A stretch of 64,000 nt of DNA, from assembly GCA_963715335.1 (NCBI GenBank), contig CAVQRZ010000033.1:1-64000 (forward strand), given 5' to 3'. Under the pieces are notes generated by a model, which was not told the origin of the DNA, did not search any database, and was given only the letters and a program-made list of their open reading frames with translations. Positions 52,183 to 63,121 of this stretch are shown here, in pieces (the stretch's first letter is position 1; each line of letters begins with the position of its first letter). This DNA comes from an uncultured delta proteobacterium. Its GTDB lineage: Bacteria > Desulfobacterota > Desulfuromonadia > Desulfuromonadales > BM103. A program made the position numbers and the translations under genes.

Positions 52183-55100
52183 ATGCTCAGAACGTTCCGC
52201 CATATTTCGCGCTTCGCGCGGCTCGGGACCGACCTTCGGGTCGGCACCCTGGCCGTGCTCTGCGCGCTGGCGGCCAACAGTATGTTCATCTTCAAACTCC
52301 AACCCGGTCGGTCGGTCGGTCGCGCAAGCGGCCGGCCGGCCCGTCGGCCCGAAGGGATGGCATTCTGCCGTAGCTTCGGGCGGGCGTTCGGTCTTTTAAC
52401 GACCATTTTGGCCCTGATAGCAAGCCTGAATACAACCGCCCATGCGGCAACGCCGCCCGGCACACCGATCAACAATCAGGCCGTGCTTGACTACGCAATC
52501 GGCGGCGCGACACAACCAGCGGCACATTCGAACCTGGTCAGTTTCACCGTGCGTAGCCCGGCGCTGATTGAATTCCTGGCTTATGCGCCGACACTTCCTG
52601 CTGCCGAAGCGGTGCCTGTGCCTGACACCGACTACCGGAACGGTGGCAGCTTCGTGTCGATTCCGGCGCCACCGGAGACAGCCATCCAGCCGATGCCGTT
52701 GACCCCGGCCGAGCTTTACCACGGCGGCAACCCCTTCTACCTGCGCCTGACTGACCTCGACCAGAACAGCGACCCGGCCACGGTCCAGACGGTATTAATC
52801 ACCGTCACCTGCATTGAGACCGGCGATACAGAAGTTCTGCGGCTCACTGAGAGCGGTCCGGATACCGGTGTATTTACCGGCTACCTCCCCTCCATCAGCA
52901 GCGGTAACGCGGCGGCGGACGGGATGCTGTTCGTGATTCCGCAAGGCCGTGTCAGAGCGACCTATACCGACGTCTTCGACGGCACCGATTCAACGATCGC
53001 TGCAGCGCTGGTCGATCCCTACGGTTACGTCTTCGACAGCGCCACCGGCGACGCAGTAGATGGCGTCACCGTCACCCTGATCGACCTGGCCACCGGCCAG
53101 CCCGCCGCCACCATCGTCGGAGACAACGGTGCCCCCGGCTTCCCGGCTAGCATTGTCACCGGCAGCAGCTTCGATTTCGGCGGGCTCACCTATAGCAACC
53201 CGCCAGGTGGTTACCGCTTCCCCTTCGTCCCGTCTGGCAGTTACCGTATGGTGGTCACCAATGCAGATAACTACACCGTGCCCTCGAGTCTTAGCGACAG
53301 TGAGTTGCAGAGTCGTTCCTGGTGGGCCAGCTCAGGCTATGTCGTCGGCGACGGCTGGCAGAGTGGCCAGTGGACAGGTGTGTTCAACGTCAACCCCGGC
53401 CCGGCGATTCGCCTCGATATCCCGGTTGATCCGCTGGTCACCTATCTCTGGCTGCAGAAAGATGTCAACCGCGACTACGCCTCGACCGGTGATTTCCTGC
53501 AATACACGCTGACCCTGGAAAACAATAACAAGCTCTCTGCGGCACCGGGAGTAATAATCTCCGACCAGCTGCCGCTCGGCTTCCGCTACCAGAAGGGTTC
53601 GACCCATATTGCCGGTCGCAAACGGACCGATCCAACGGTCAGCCCTGACGGCCGGACTTTGACCTTCACACTCGCCGACATGCCTTCAGACAGCAGCATT
53701 GAAATCAGCTACGTGGTCGAGGTTGCAGCAGGCACGAAACTGGGCGAGGCCGTCAACCGCGCTCAGGCCAGCGACGGCAACGGTATCTACTCGAATATCG
53801 CCAGGGAGACGGTTGAGGTCCAAGACGCCTTCTTCCGCAACACGGTGATCCTCGTCGGGCGGGTCCTCGAAGGAGCCTGCGCCGAGGCGGACACAGTGCA
53901 AAGGGGCGTCCCCGGCGTCCGCGTCTACCTCGATGACGGCAGCTACGTGGTCACGGATAAGGATGGCAAATACCATTTCGAAGGGGTCACACCAGGGCTG
54001 CATGTCGTTCAGGTCGATACGCTCACTCTGCCGGACGGCTATGAGATGACCTCCTGCGAGCAGAGCAGCCAGTTTGCCGGGAGGACCTTCTCCCAATTCG
54101 TCGACCTCCAGGGCGGAACCCTGTGGCGGGTCAACTTCTACACTGCGCGAAAAGCACCGCCAACCGGCGCGGCCGGGCTTGTACTCGAGGCCAGCATCGA
54201 CAGACATCAGGCCAGCTTCAGCGTTGACTTGTCGGCAAAGACTATACCGCTCAGCAACCTCCGTACGACTATCATGCTCCCCACCGGGGCCCGTTATCTC
54301 GCCGGCACAGCAGCCCGCGACGGTCAGCCCATCGACGATCCGCAGATCTTCAATGAGACTGTAACCTTTCGTTTCCCGGCACTGCTGGTCGATCAGCATA
54401 GCGTCATCACCTTCAATGCTGACATGACCGGGACGACCACAGGAGAGCTGCCGGCCAGGGCGCTACTGACCTTTGATACCTTGTCTGAGAAGAACCAGCG
54501 CACACCGTTGGCCGAGGTGCGCTTCCAGCGAACCAATGAAGAGCTGGTGATGACACATCCCTCCAGCCCAGAACAGTCGATCGCTACGACTGGTCTGATG
54601 GTGGAAGGTGTCCCCGCACCGGTACAAAAGACTTTACCGCCGGCCGCTACTACGCCGCCCAAACTTGACCAGAAGCTGCTGACAACGACCCCGCACGAGC
54701 GCAGTATCGTCTGGCCGGCAGAGGGTTTTGTGCCGGAGATTCCGAACATCGAGGTGATGGTCCAGTTCCAGCGTGGCGAACAGGTTGCACTGTTTCTCAA
54801 TGACGAACCGGTCCCGGCGCTCAACTTCGACGAAAGCAAACAGGTTCCAAACAGCACCATGATGATCTCCAGCTGGGCCGGGGTTGACCTGCGCGACGGG
54901 CTCAACAGGCTCGAAGCGGTGCTGACAGACGCCGGCGGCAAAGAGGTGACCCGACTGCGCCGCGACATCTGGTTCGTCACCATGGCGGAAAACCTGGAGT
55001 ATTTTCCCGAGCAGTCGACGCTGGTCGCCGATGGCCTGAAACCGCCAACCTTTGCGATTCGTCTGACAGACCGTGACGGCCATCCACTGCGCCCGAAGCA

Positions 55101-57781
55101 ACAAGTGCAGTTCCGGGTCTCGGCACCCTACCTTGCTCTGCACAACAATGGTGAGCGGACGCTCAATCCAGCGGAAGCACAGGGAAGCTTTGCAAGCGGT
55201 GCCGATGGCCTGGCTTACCTGCAGCTACAGCCAACTACCCAGGCTGGCGAAGTGACAGTGGCGATCATGATGCCGGATGGACCACAAGAGATCACCGCCT
55301 GGCTTAACCCGGCCCCTCGCGACTGGATCCTGGTCGGCTTCGCCGAAGGCACCGTCGGCCACAACACCATCAACGACAACCAGGTCAGTGCCGAAGAAGC
55401 CGGAATCGACGAGGACAGCTATAGCGATGGGCAGGTCAAGTTCTTCGCCAAGGGCGCGATCAAGGGGGATTGGCTGCTGACCCTGGCCTACGACTCCGAC
55501 AAACCGGACCTCGATGGCGACAGCCTGTATCAGATTATCGACCCCGACACCTACTACCCGCTCTACGGGGACGAAACCCAGCAGGGGTACGAAGCCTCCA
55601 GCGCCGAAAAACTCTACGTCAAGCTGGAGCGCGACCAGTTCTACGCGCTGTTCGGCGACATGGACACCGGCCTGAACCAGACCGTGCTGTCGCAGTACAG
55701 CCGCAGCATGACCGGCTTCAAGTCGGAGACTGCAGAACGAGCGCTTCACCTACACGGTTTTTGCCGCCGAAACCAAGCAGGCCTTCAGGAAGGACGAGAT
55801 TCGCGGCGACGGTACGGCTGGCCGCTACTCCCTGTCGCAGTCGGAACTGGTGATCAACTCGGAAGAAGTGGTCATCGAAACCCGCGACCGCTTCCACAAT
55901 GAACTGATCGTCAAGGAAGAACGACTGTCACGCCACGTCGATTACGACATCGACTACGATGCCGGCACTCTGTACTTCAAACGCCCGGTGCCGAGCAAAG
56001 ATCAGGATTTCAACCCGGTCTTCATCGTGGTCCGCTACGAAACCAAGGCTTCATCCAATACCAACCTGAATTATGGTGGCCGTGCCGCGCTCAGGGTACT
56101 CAACCAGCAGGTCGAGGTCGGCGGCAGTATGGTCCACGAAGAGAACGGCGACGAGAAAGGCGATCTATACGGTGTCGGACGTCACCGTCAGGCTGACTCC
56201 GCAGACCACTCTGCGCGCCGAGGTCGCCACCTCCGACATTGACTCCATTGATGATGGGAGACCTCAGTGGCAACGCATACCTGGCCGAGCTCGAGCATCT
56301 CGGCGAGAGCTATGACCTCGTCGCCTGGTTCCGGCAACAGGATGCGGAGTTCGGTCTCGGGCAGCAGAATAGTGGCACTGAGGGGATGCGCACCTACGGC
56401 ACACATGGCAGCTATCGCTTCAATCCGAGGTGGAGTCTGAGTCGGTGAGGCCTACCACGAGGACAACCTCGATACCGATGCCACCCGCGACGTCGAGACC
56501 GTACAGGCACTGTACCAGACGGAACGCTACGGTCTGAACGCCGGTGTACGCGAGGCCCGTGACAAATTTGACGATGGCGAGACACAGACCAGCCGGCAGA
56601 TGCTTGCCGGCGCCAATTGGAGCACACCGGACCGCAAGCTGACCCTGCGCGCCACCCACGAGCAATCGCTGGAGGGGCAGGAACGAGAACAGTCGACTAC
56701 CCGACCCGGACGATGCTCGGCGCCGATTACCAGCTGACCCGTAAGATCAGCCTCTTTGCCGAGCAGGAATTCACCTGGGGCGAGCAGGAGGATACCGAAG
56801 GGACGCGAGTCGGACTCAATGCCACGCCCTGGAAGGGTGGCGAAGTGCGCACCTCAGTGGAGCGCTACAACGTGGAGAACGCGGAACGGGTCTTCGCCCT
56901 GTTCGGGGTCGGCCAGGTCTGGCAGGTGACCCAGAAATGGAGCGTCGATCTGTCCATCGATCGCAGCTACACGGTTAAAAATGAGCCGGCCGGAGAGCGG
57001 GTCAACGGCAACGTGCCGACCGGCCAGCGGCGGCGACGACGATTTCACAGCCGTATCGGTCAGGCGCCGCCTATCGCACTGAAAGATGGTCGTGGTGGAA
57101 CCGCCTGGAAACGCGCCAGGGGGACAGTGAGGACAAGGTTGGAATCAGCTCCGGCGTGGTTGGCTGATCTCCAGGAAGGGGTAGCGGTTCTCCGCCCGTT
57201 TGATGGCCTTCATCAACAATTCGCAAGACGGCAGCGACAGTGACGAGGAAGAACATCACGCTGGCCCTGGCCTACCGCCCCGACCGGAGCCGCTGGATCC
57301 TCCTCGAACGTCTTGACCTGTCCCTCTACAACGAGAAACGGCGAGAGTGTGGACAACGACAGCATGCGCATCGTCAATCATCTGCACGCCAACTTCCGTA
57401 CCGCCGATCGCAAAGTGGCAGACGTCCTTTTACTACGGCCTCAAATATGTGCGTGAGAGTTACAACGGCGACCACTACGATGGTTACACCGATATGATCT
57501 CAGTCGAAACCCGCTACAACATCAACCGCAAGTGGGACATCGGCGTACACGGTGCACTCCTGCACTCATGGAACAGCAACCAGCTTGACCATAGTCTCGG
57601 CGCCGACATCGGCTATCTGGTCATGACCAACGCCTGGGTCAGTCTCGGTTATAACGTGGTCGGCTTCGAAGACAAGGACTTCTCGGATGCCAACTACACC
57701 GCCGCAGGTCCCTACCTGCGATTCCGAGTCAAGTTCGATCAGCAATCGGTGCGTGAAGCGGCTGCATGGCTGGGTCGATAG
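52183..57781 (+). CDS. Very large outer-membrane protein with DUF11 and SdrD/CnaB-like domains and a C-terminal beta-barrel; several frameshifts after ~55730; start 52183 or 52357
   Basis: 'AHA|ATPPGTPINNQAVLDY', 'GVPGVRVYL..VVTD.DGKYHF', 'YYPLYGD', 'DYDIDYDAGTLYF', C-terminal 'GYNVVGFEDKDF..GPYLRFRVKFD'. Confidence 0.8.
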
Positions 57782-57946
57782 ATCATGATACAATTAATGA
57801 CCCCACCATCCCGGTGGTTTTTTATCCTGACTTCTTGACAGCCATCGTTTTCCGGATAGATTAGAAGATATTACTTTACATGCAGGGGACTGGTGGCCGT
57901 TACCTGACGAGCATCGCCTTCTGCTCTGTCGACAAAGGAGAATGCA

Positions 57947-58270
57947 ATGGATGGTAAAGAGCTGAAGAAGGTTCTCGCCAGCCTCGGCATCGCGACGCTG
58001 GTGACTGCCGTCGGGGCAATGGTTCCAGGCCACCTGCAGGCCGCAAGCGGCTGAGGTGGCAAAACAGACGGCACAGTTGGTGCCGGCAAAGCAGCCAGTT
58101 CAGGAGCCAGCGGCTGCAGCGGGAAAGATGCTGCGGCGACGAAGGAAGAGGTCTGTACTGAGAAGATGACCGAAGAAGAGTGTGCCAAGGCGATGGCGGA
58201 GAAGGCCAAGGCTGCTGCAGAGGCAGAAAAAAAACCGAGCGGAGGCAGTGGCTGAGGTGGTAAAAAATAA
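57947..58270 (+). CDS. sbtA: SbtA-type thio(seleno)oxazole RiPP precursor, 107 aa with two selenocysteines (U36, U103)
   Basis: AAGGAG RBS; leader 'MDGKELKKVLASLGIATLV'; in-frame TGA at 58052 and 58253, both in SG-U-GG; SG-C-SG between them; hairpin after each TGA; adjacent rSAM maturase. Confidence 0.88.
58069..58085 (+). promoter_or_regulatory. SECIS-like hairpin for UGA 58052
   Basis: CGGCAC-AGTTG-GTGCCG; loop starts 20 nt after UGA; G at loop position 2. Confidence 0.7.
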
Positions 58271-58289
58271 GTGGTGCCGTGAGCACCAC
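58271..58289 (+). promoter_or_regulatory. SECIS-like hairpin for UGA 58253, located after the TAA stop
   Basis: GTGGTGC-CGTGA-GCACCAC; loop starts 22 nt after UGA; G at loop position 2. Confidence 0.65.
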
Positions 58290-58381
58290 AAAACTTCCTG
58301 ACTGAAAAACTTTAAGGAATCACTTATGATCGGATTGGCCTTGCGCATTGCCAGGGCCAATCCGTTTTTCATGGTGGACCG

Positions 58382-59959
58382 ATGAGGCAAAAGATCAAGA
58401 AAATATTTCCGATGACATGCGGACACCTCCCGGAAGAAATCGGCAGAGACGGGTCCACCGCACTGATCTGGTCAGATGCCGACAGCTTCGTCGAGCAACT
58501 CATGCTGCTTGCGGAATCAGCTGATCTCCCTGCATACCTGCCCGACCTGGCGCGGGCGGAACGGGCTCGATATGAGCTGAACAACGGCAGCCGACAGATC
58601 CCTCTGGAACGGCCTGATGATTCGATTGAAATAAACCCTACACTGCTGCTGATAGAAGTCGGCTGGCAGCCGCTGCTGGCCATGCTCGACGGCGCGGACC
58701 TCAAACCGGAGCCTGCCGCACAGATTCTGTTGTTCTGGCGGCACCCTGTAAACGGCACAGCCGAGATGACCACGGCTGCACCAGCAGAGCTGCTGGCCCT
58801 GAAAATAGTGGCTGAACAACTTGAGCCGATTGATGTCGCGGCTAGCCACAACCAGCCCGTCGGTGTCATCGACGGAGCAATCGACAGCGCGATTCGCAAA
58901 GGCCTGCTGCTTTCGCCGACAACAAAGCTGCGCCGTGGGCTTTCAGCGGGCCAGATCACGGAGGTCTCAGCCGGAGCGCTTATCGAAGCCGAGGTATTCA
59001 CTCTACAGTGGCATATCACTCATAGCTGTGACCTGCATTGCCGGCACTGTTACGACCGCAGCGACCGCAGCGATGTCGACGTTGCGCAAGGGCTAAAAAT
59101 CCTCGACCAGATGCGCCAGTTCTGCCGTGATCACCAGGTCGCCGGCCAGGTCTCATTTTCCGGCGGCAACCCATTCCTGCATCCAGGATTTCTGCAACTT
59201 TACCGGGCTGCTTTTGATCGAAACCTGAACCCGGCGATCCTAGGCAACCCGGTCAGCGAGGCGCAAATCGACGCTGTCATGGAGATTACCAAACCGGCTT
59301 TTTTCCAGGTCAGCCTCGAGGGGCTCGAGGAACACAATGACCACATCCGTGGTAAAGGCAGCTACCGGGCTGTTCTGGAATTTCTGGAAGTTCTGAAGCA
59401 GAAGCAGATCTACTCCATGGTCATGTTGACCCTGACCCGGGCCAATCTTGACCAGGTATTGCCCCTGGCAGAGAGGCTGCGAAACCGGGTTGACCTGTTC
59501 ACCTATAACCGCCTGGCCATGGTCGGTGAAGGAGCCAACCTGGAGTCACCTCAGCCAGAGGAATATCACAGGTTCGTCATCGACTACCTCGAAGCCCGTC
59601 GCACCAATCCGATCCTGGCCCTCAAGGACAGCCTGATCAACATCGAGCTTGAGCGGCGACAGCAAGACCTCTTTGGCGGCTGCACCGGCTACGGCTGTGG
59701 TGCTGCCTTCAACTTTGTTTCTCTGCTCCCGGATGGGCAGGTGCACGCTTGCCGAAAATTCCCTTCGCCGATCGGCGACCTCAACAGGCAGACCCTTCAC
59801 GAGATTTACCACTCACGGGATTCGCAAAAATATCGTGACGGATGCCATGAGTGCTCTTCCTGTCATCTGCGTCTTGCGTGCGGCGGCTGCCTGGCTGTGA
59901 CTCACGGCTGGGGACGCGACCCCTTGCAAGAGAGAGATCCCGATTGCTTCATAACATAA
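58382..59959 (+). CDS. sbtM: Radical SAM/SPASM RiPP maturase (SbtM type)
   Basis: 'LQWHITHSCDLHCRHCYD'; SPASM 'GCTGYGCGAA..HACRKF..CHECSSC....CGGC'; follows the Sec precursor. Confidence 0.9.
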   Translation: MRQKIKKIFPMTCGHLPEEIGRDGSTALIWSDADSFVEQLMLLAESADLPAYLPDLARAERARYELNNGSRQIPLERPDDSIEINPTLLLIEVGWQPLLAMLDGADLKPEPAAQILLFWRHPVNGTAEMTTAAPAELLALKIVAEQLEPIDVAASHNQPVGVIDGAIDSAIRKGLLLSPTTKLRRGLSAGQITEVSAGALIEAEVFTLQWHITHSCDLHCRHCYDRSDRSDVDVAQGLKILDQMRQFCRDHQVAGQVSFSGGNPFLHPGFLQLYRAAFDRNLNPAILGNPVSEAQIDAVMEITKPAFFQVSLEGLEEHNDHIRGKGSYRAVLEFLEVLKQKQIYSMVMLTLTRANLDQVLPLAERLRNRVDLFTYNRLAMVGEGANLESPQPEEYHRFVIDYLEARRTNPILALKDSLINIELERRQQDLFGGCTGYGCGAAFNFVSLLPDGQVHACRKFPSPIGDLNRQTLHEIYHSRDSQKYRDGCHECSSCHLRLACGGCLAVTHGWGRDPLQERDPDCFIT

Positions 59960-60044
59960 CAAAAACTCCGCAAAAGGCTGTCCCTTTCAGACTGTTGTCA
60001 AGTTCGGGTTGTGTTTAGAGTCAGCAACAAAGCGTGAGAGCTGC

Positions 60045-60272
60045 TCTGGAAGACTGCATTGATAGTCATGCTTTTCAGGCTTTTCCCTCGTAAGTCTCCT
60101 GCGAGGAAGGCCCCCTGTAACGGGCCGGCTTCTTGAGCAGTATCGTTTGTTGATGCCACAGAAATCTGGCAAAGGAGATGCCCTCCGCAAGGAGAAAGGC
60201 GTTTTTTGCATACTTTTTGTCGCCGTTTGGACAAAAAGTATGGCGTCTGGCGGGACGCGACCCGCCGGTTTT
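60045..60272. repeat. Dispersed structured repeat, copy 2
   Basis: Colinear similarity to 22255..22475. Confidence 0.9.
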
Positions 60273-60337
60273 GAACTTGCCAATCGTCATCGCAACTTTT
60301 ACAAACCCGCATCAATCCTGGTGAAGGGCTTATCACG

Positions 60338-60380
60338 AAGCAGAAGCGGGCCGGAAATTTTTCCGGCCCGCTTCTGCTTT
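60338..60380. terminator. Strong hairpin terminator downstream of the peroxiredoxin gene
   Basis: AAGCAGAAGCGGGCCGGAAA..TTTCCGGCCCGCTTCTGCTT. Confidence 0.75.
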
Positions 60381-60407
60381 TGTTTGTTTGAACTACGCCC
60401 TAGTGCG

Positions 60408-61010
60408 TCACAGTGAATCGGCCTTGTTTTTCAGATAAGAGGCAACGCCGGCTGCATCAGGCTTCATCCCCTCTTCTCCCTTGCTCCACCCCGCCGGGCA
60501 AACCTCACCATACTTCTCGGTAAACTGGAGCGCGTCGATCATACGCAGCATTTCGTCAACGTTGCGGCCAAGCGGCAGGTCATTGACGACCTGGTGGTGA
60601 ACCTTGCCGTCTTTGCCGATCAGAAAAGAGCCGCGGAAGGCAACCCCGGCCGCTTCGAATTCGACATCATAAGCGCGGCAGATCTCGTGCTTGACATCCG
60701 CCACCAGGGGATAGGCAACCGCACCGATACCCCCTTCGTCAACCGGGGTGTTGCGCCACGCAACATGGGTAAACTGTGAGTCGATGGAGCAGCCGATCAC
60801 CTGTACATCACGGCTTTCAAATTCCTTGATCCGCTTGGAAAATGCGATCAATTCGGTCGGGCAGACGAACGTGAAATCAAGGGGGTAGAAAAACAGCACA
60901 ACATACTTGCCCCGGTAGTCTGCGAGGCTGAACTTGGGATTAATGCTACCGTCAGCCATAACGGCTGCCGCGGTAAAATCAGGGGCCTGCTTGCCAACCA
61001 AAACACTCAT
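60408..61010 (-). CDS. Typical 2-Cys peroxiredoxin (AhpC/TSA)
   Basis: 'FYPLDFTFVCPTE', 'GEVCPAGW'. Confidence 0.95.
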   Translation of the reverse strand: MSVLVGKQAPDFTAAAVMADGSINPKFSLADYRGKYVVLFFYPLDFTFVCPTELIAFSKRIKEFESRDVQVIGCSIDSQFTHVAWRNTPVDEGGIGAVAYPLVADVKHEICRAYDVEFEAAGVAFRGSFLIGKDGKVHHQVVNDLPLGRNVDEMLRMIDALQFTEKYGEVCPAGWSKGEEGMKPDAAGVASYLKNKADSL

Positions 61011-61207
61011 CTAAAAACTCCTTTCAAAGAAAACCGGTTAGTTACATCAAATTGCGCCCTAGTTTACCGACTCGAACCTGACTGTCAAGACATTTATAAC
61101 CATTTCAGTCATTTATCTGCACAAGACCTGCAAGGAACCGGAAGACCAGGACAATGGATTAGAGTTGTGGCGGGCTTGATCGCTTGCGTTTCGCACCGCG
61201 CGATTGG

Positions 61208-62098
61208 TTATTTCTTCTTGCTCCGCGGATGGGCCTTGTCGTAGACGGACAACAGTTGGTCGACGCTGACCTGAGTGTATTTCTGTGTTGTTGACAGAGA
61301 AGCGTGACCAAGCAGTTCCTGGATGGCACGCAAGTCGGCGCCACCGTCGAGAAGGTGAGTGGCGAAGGAATGGCGCAGGGCGTGGGGGCTGATATCCTTG
61401 ACTATCCCGGCCTTGATCAGGCGGGTCTTCAGATTGCGTTGCACGCTGCGGGGAGTAAGGCGTCCGCCCTGGGCATTCAGGAACAGGGGGACATCGTCTC
61501 CAGGCGTTCCCCTGGCCTCAAGATACAAGCCAAGGGCTTCATGGGACTTGCGTCCGATCGGCAGGATCCGTTCCTTGCGACCTTTACCGACCACCCTCAC
61601 CAATCTTTCGCGCAGGTCTAGCGAACCAACGTTAAGCTCGGTGAGTTCGCTGACACGCAGGCCACTGGCATAGAAGAGTTCAACAATAGCACGATCGCGA
61701 AGATCGAGAAGACTGTTGCTGTAGCCCCGCTCCATTAGCGCCGTTGCTTCATCAACAGAAAGCGTCTTCGGCAAATACCGGTTCAGCTTGGGAGTCGATA
61801 AACCTTCAGCCGGGTTACCGGGCAACTGACCTTCACGAACCAGGTAACGGAAGAAGGTTCTCAATGCGGAAAGCTTGCGGGCAATCGATGTTCTCTGGTT
61901 GCGTTTGTGGAGTTCTGCCAGGTAGCGTCGCAGGAGGAAACTGTCGATTTTCAATAGCGCGGTCCGATCGGAGCCACCGTTCTGGTCGAGGAACGCGCGG
62001 AACTCATGCAGGTCACGCAGGTAGGCCGCCCTGGTGTGTGGTGACAGGTTGCGCTCATCGGCAAGATATCCGGCAAAATGATCAATCCATTTCTGCAT
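61208..62098 (-). CDS. xerC: Tyrosine recombinase XerC
   Basis: 'SGLRVSEL', 'GKGRKER', 'PHALRHSFATHLL.GGADLR', 'GHASLSTTQKYT', 'YDKAHPR'. Confidence 0.9.
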   Translation of the reverse strand: MQKWIDHFAGYLADERNLSPHTRAAYLRDLHEFRAFLDQNGGSDRTALLKIDSFLLRRYLAELHKRNQRTSIARKLSALRTFFRYLVREGQLPGNPAEGLSTPKLNRYLPKTLSVDEATALMERGYSNSLLDLRDRAIVELFYASGLRVSELTELNVGSLDLRERLVRVVGKGRKERILPIGRKSHEALGLYLEARGTPGDDVPLFLNAQGGRLTPRSVQRNLKTRLIKAGIVKDISPHALRHSFATHLLDGGADLRAIQELLGHASLSTTQKYTQVSVDQLLSVYDKAHPRSKKK

Positions 62099-62275
62099 GA
62101 TCCACCTCCGTGCAAATCTACCATAGACAGCCCTGATTCATAAACGTTTTCTGGCTAACCAGTTAGCGAACTAAAGGGTGGAACAGTGCACAAGACGGGA
62201 AAAATTGCGCCGACTTCAGGCCGGGGAGTACGTCTCCTGTTGACGCTCTCAAACGCATGGGATAATCTTCTTTAC

Positions 62276-63121
62276 ATGGCAACGATCCTCTCCTTATTGT
62301 TAATTCTGATAAAATTGACTGTCTGCCTGGCCGCCCTCTCAGTCCTGCTGAGCTATACCGTCGCGTGGTACGAACGAGCCAATGCCCAGCCCGATCTCAT
62401 TGAGCGCCGCTTCACCACCCGCGGCTTCGGTATCGCGATCTGGCTTTTAATCCAGGAGACAGCCTGTCTCCTGCTGACCATTGTCATGCGTCCGTTTGGC
62501 TGGGCTGCAACCAGGGTGCCCGAAGCCGGGCAGTCAGATCGTCCTCCGGTCATTCTTCTGCACGGCCTGTTCCAGAACCGCGGCTGTCTTTTCTGGTTGC
62601 AGTTCCGCCTACGTTCTGCAGGTTATCTGCAGACCATGAGCATCAGCACTCCTCCATGGCGAGACATAGAGACCCTGACCGAGATCCTGGCAAAAAAGGT
62701 CGATGAATTGCGCATCAGGCTGAAAGTTGACAAGGTTGTCCTGGTTGGGCACTCCATGGGCGGAATGATCGCCCGTAATTACATCCAGAATCGAGGCGGG
62801 GCGGCAAATGTCTACGGCGTGGTCACTCTCGGCTCTCCGCACCATGGTTCCAAGCTTGCGCCTTTTGCCATTTCGCCGATCGGCAAGACCCTGCTTCCCG
62901 GCTGTGATTTTTTGGCAAAATTCAACAGCATGCCCTGGCCTGAACAGGCCCGAGCCATCTCAATCTACACCCGCTATGACAATATCGTGCTGCCCGCCGA
63001 CTCGGCAAAGATGACCGGTGCACAGGTTGTTGAGCTGGATGGCATGGGACATACCTCACTGCTTTTCCATCCACGCTCCCTGCAGGCGGTGATTGAGGCC
63101 GTAAATCAGATCACGACATGA
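62276..63121 (+). CDS. Membrane-anchored alpha/beta hydrolase (lipase/esterase)
   Basis: 'LLHGL', 'GHSMGG', 'LGSPHHG', 'GHTSL'. Confidence 0.85.
   Translation: MATILSLLLILIKLTVCLAALSVLLSYTVAWYERANAQPDLIERRFTTRGFGIAIWLLIQETACLLLTIVMRPFGWAATRVPEAGQSDRPPVILLHGLFQNRGCLFWLQFRLRSAGYLQTMSISTPPWRDIETLTEILAKKVDELRIRLKVDKVVLVGHSMGGMIARNYIQNRGGAANVYGVVTLGSPHHGSKLAPFAISPIGKTLLPGCDFLAKFNSMPWPEQARAISIYTRYDNIVLPADSAKMTGAQVVELDGMGHTSLLFHPRSLQAVIEAVNQITT

Noticed and set aside
57871..58426. Minus-strand and alternate-frame ORFs over the sbtA region
   Set aside because: Shadows of the Sec-containing plus-strand gene, which has an RBS, family motifs and an adjacent maturase
61208..62098. Phage or ICE integrase
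   Set aside because: Length and motifs match housekeeping XerC; no mobile-element genes nearby
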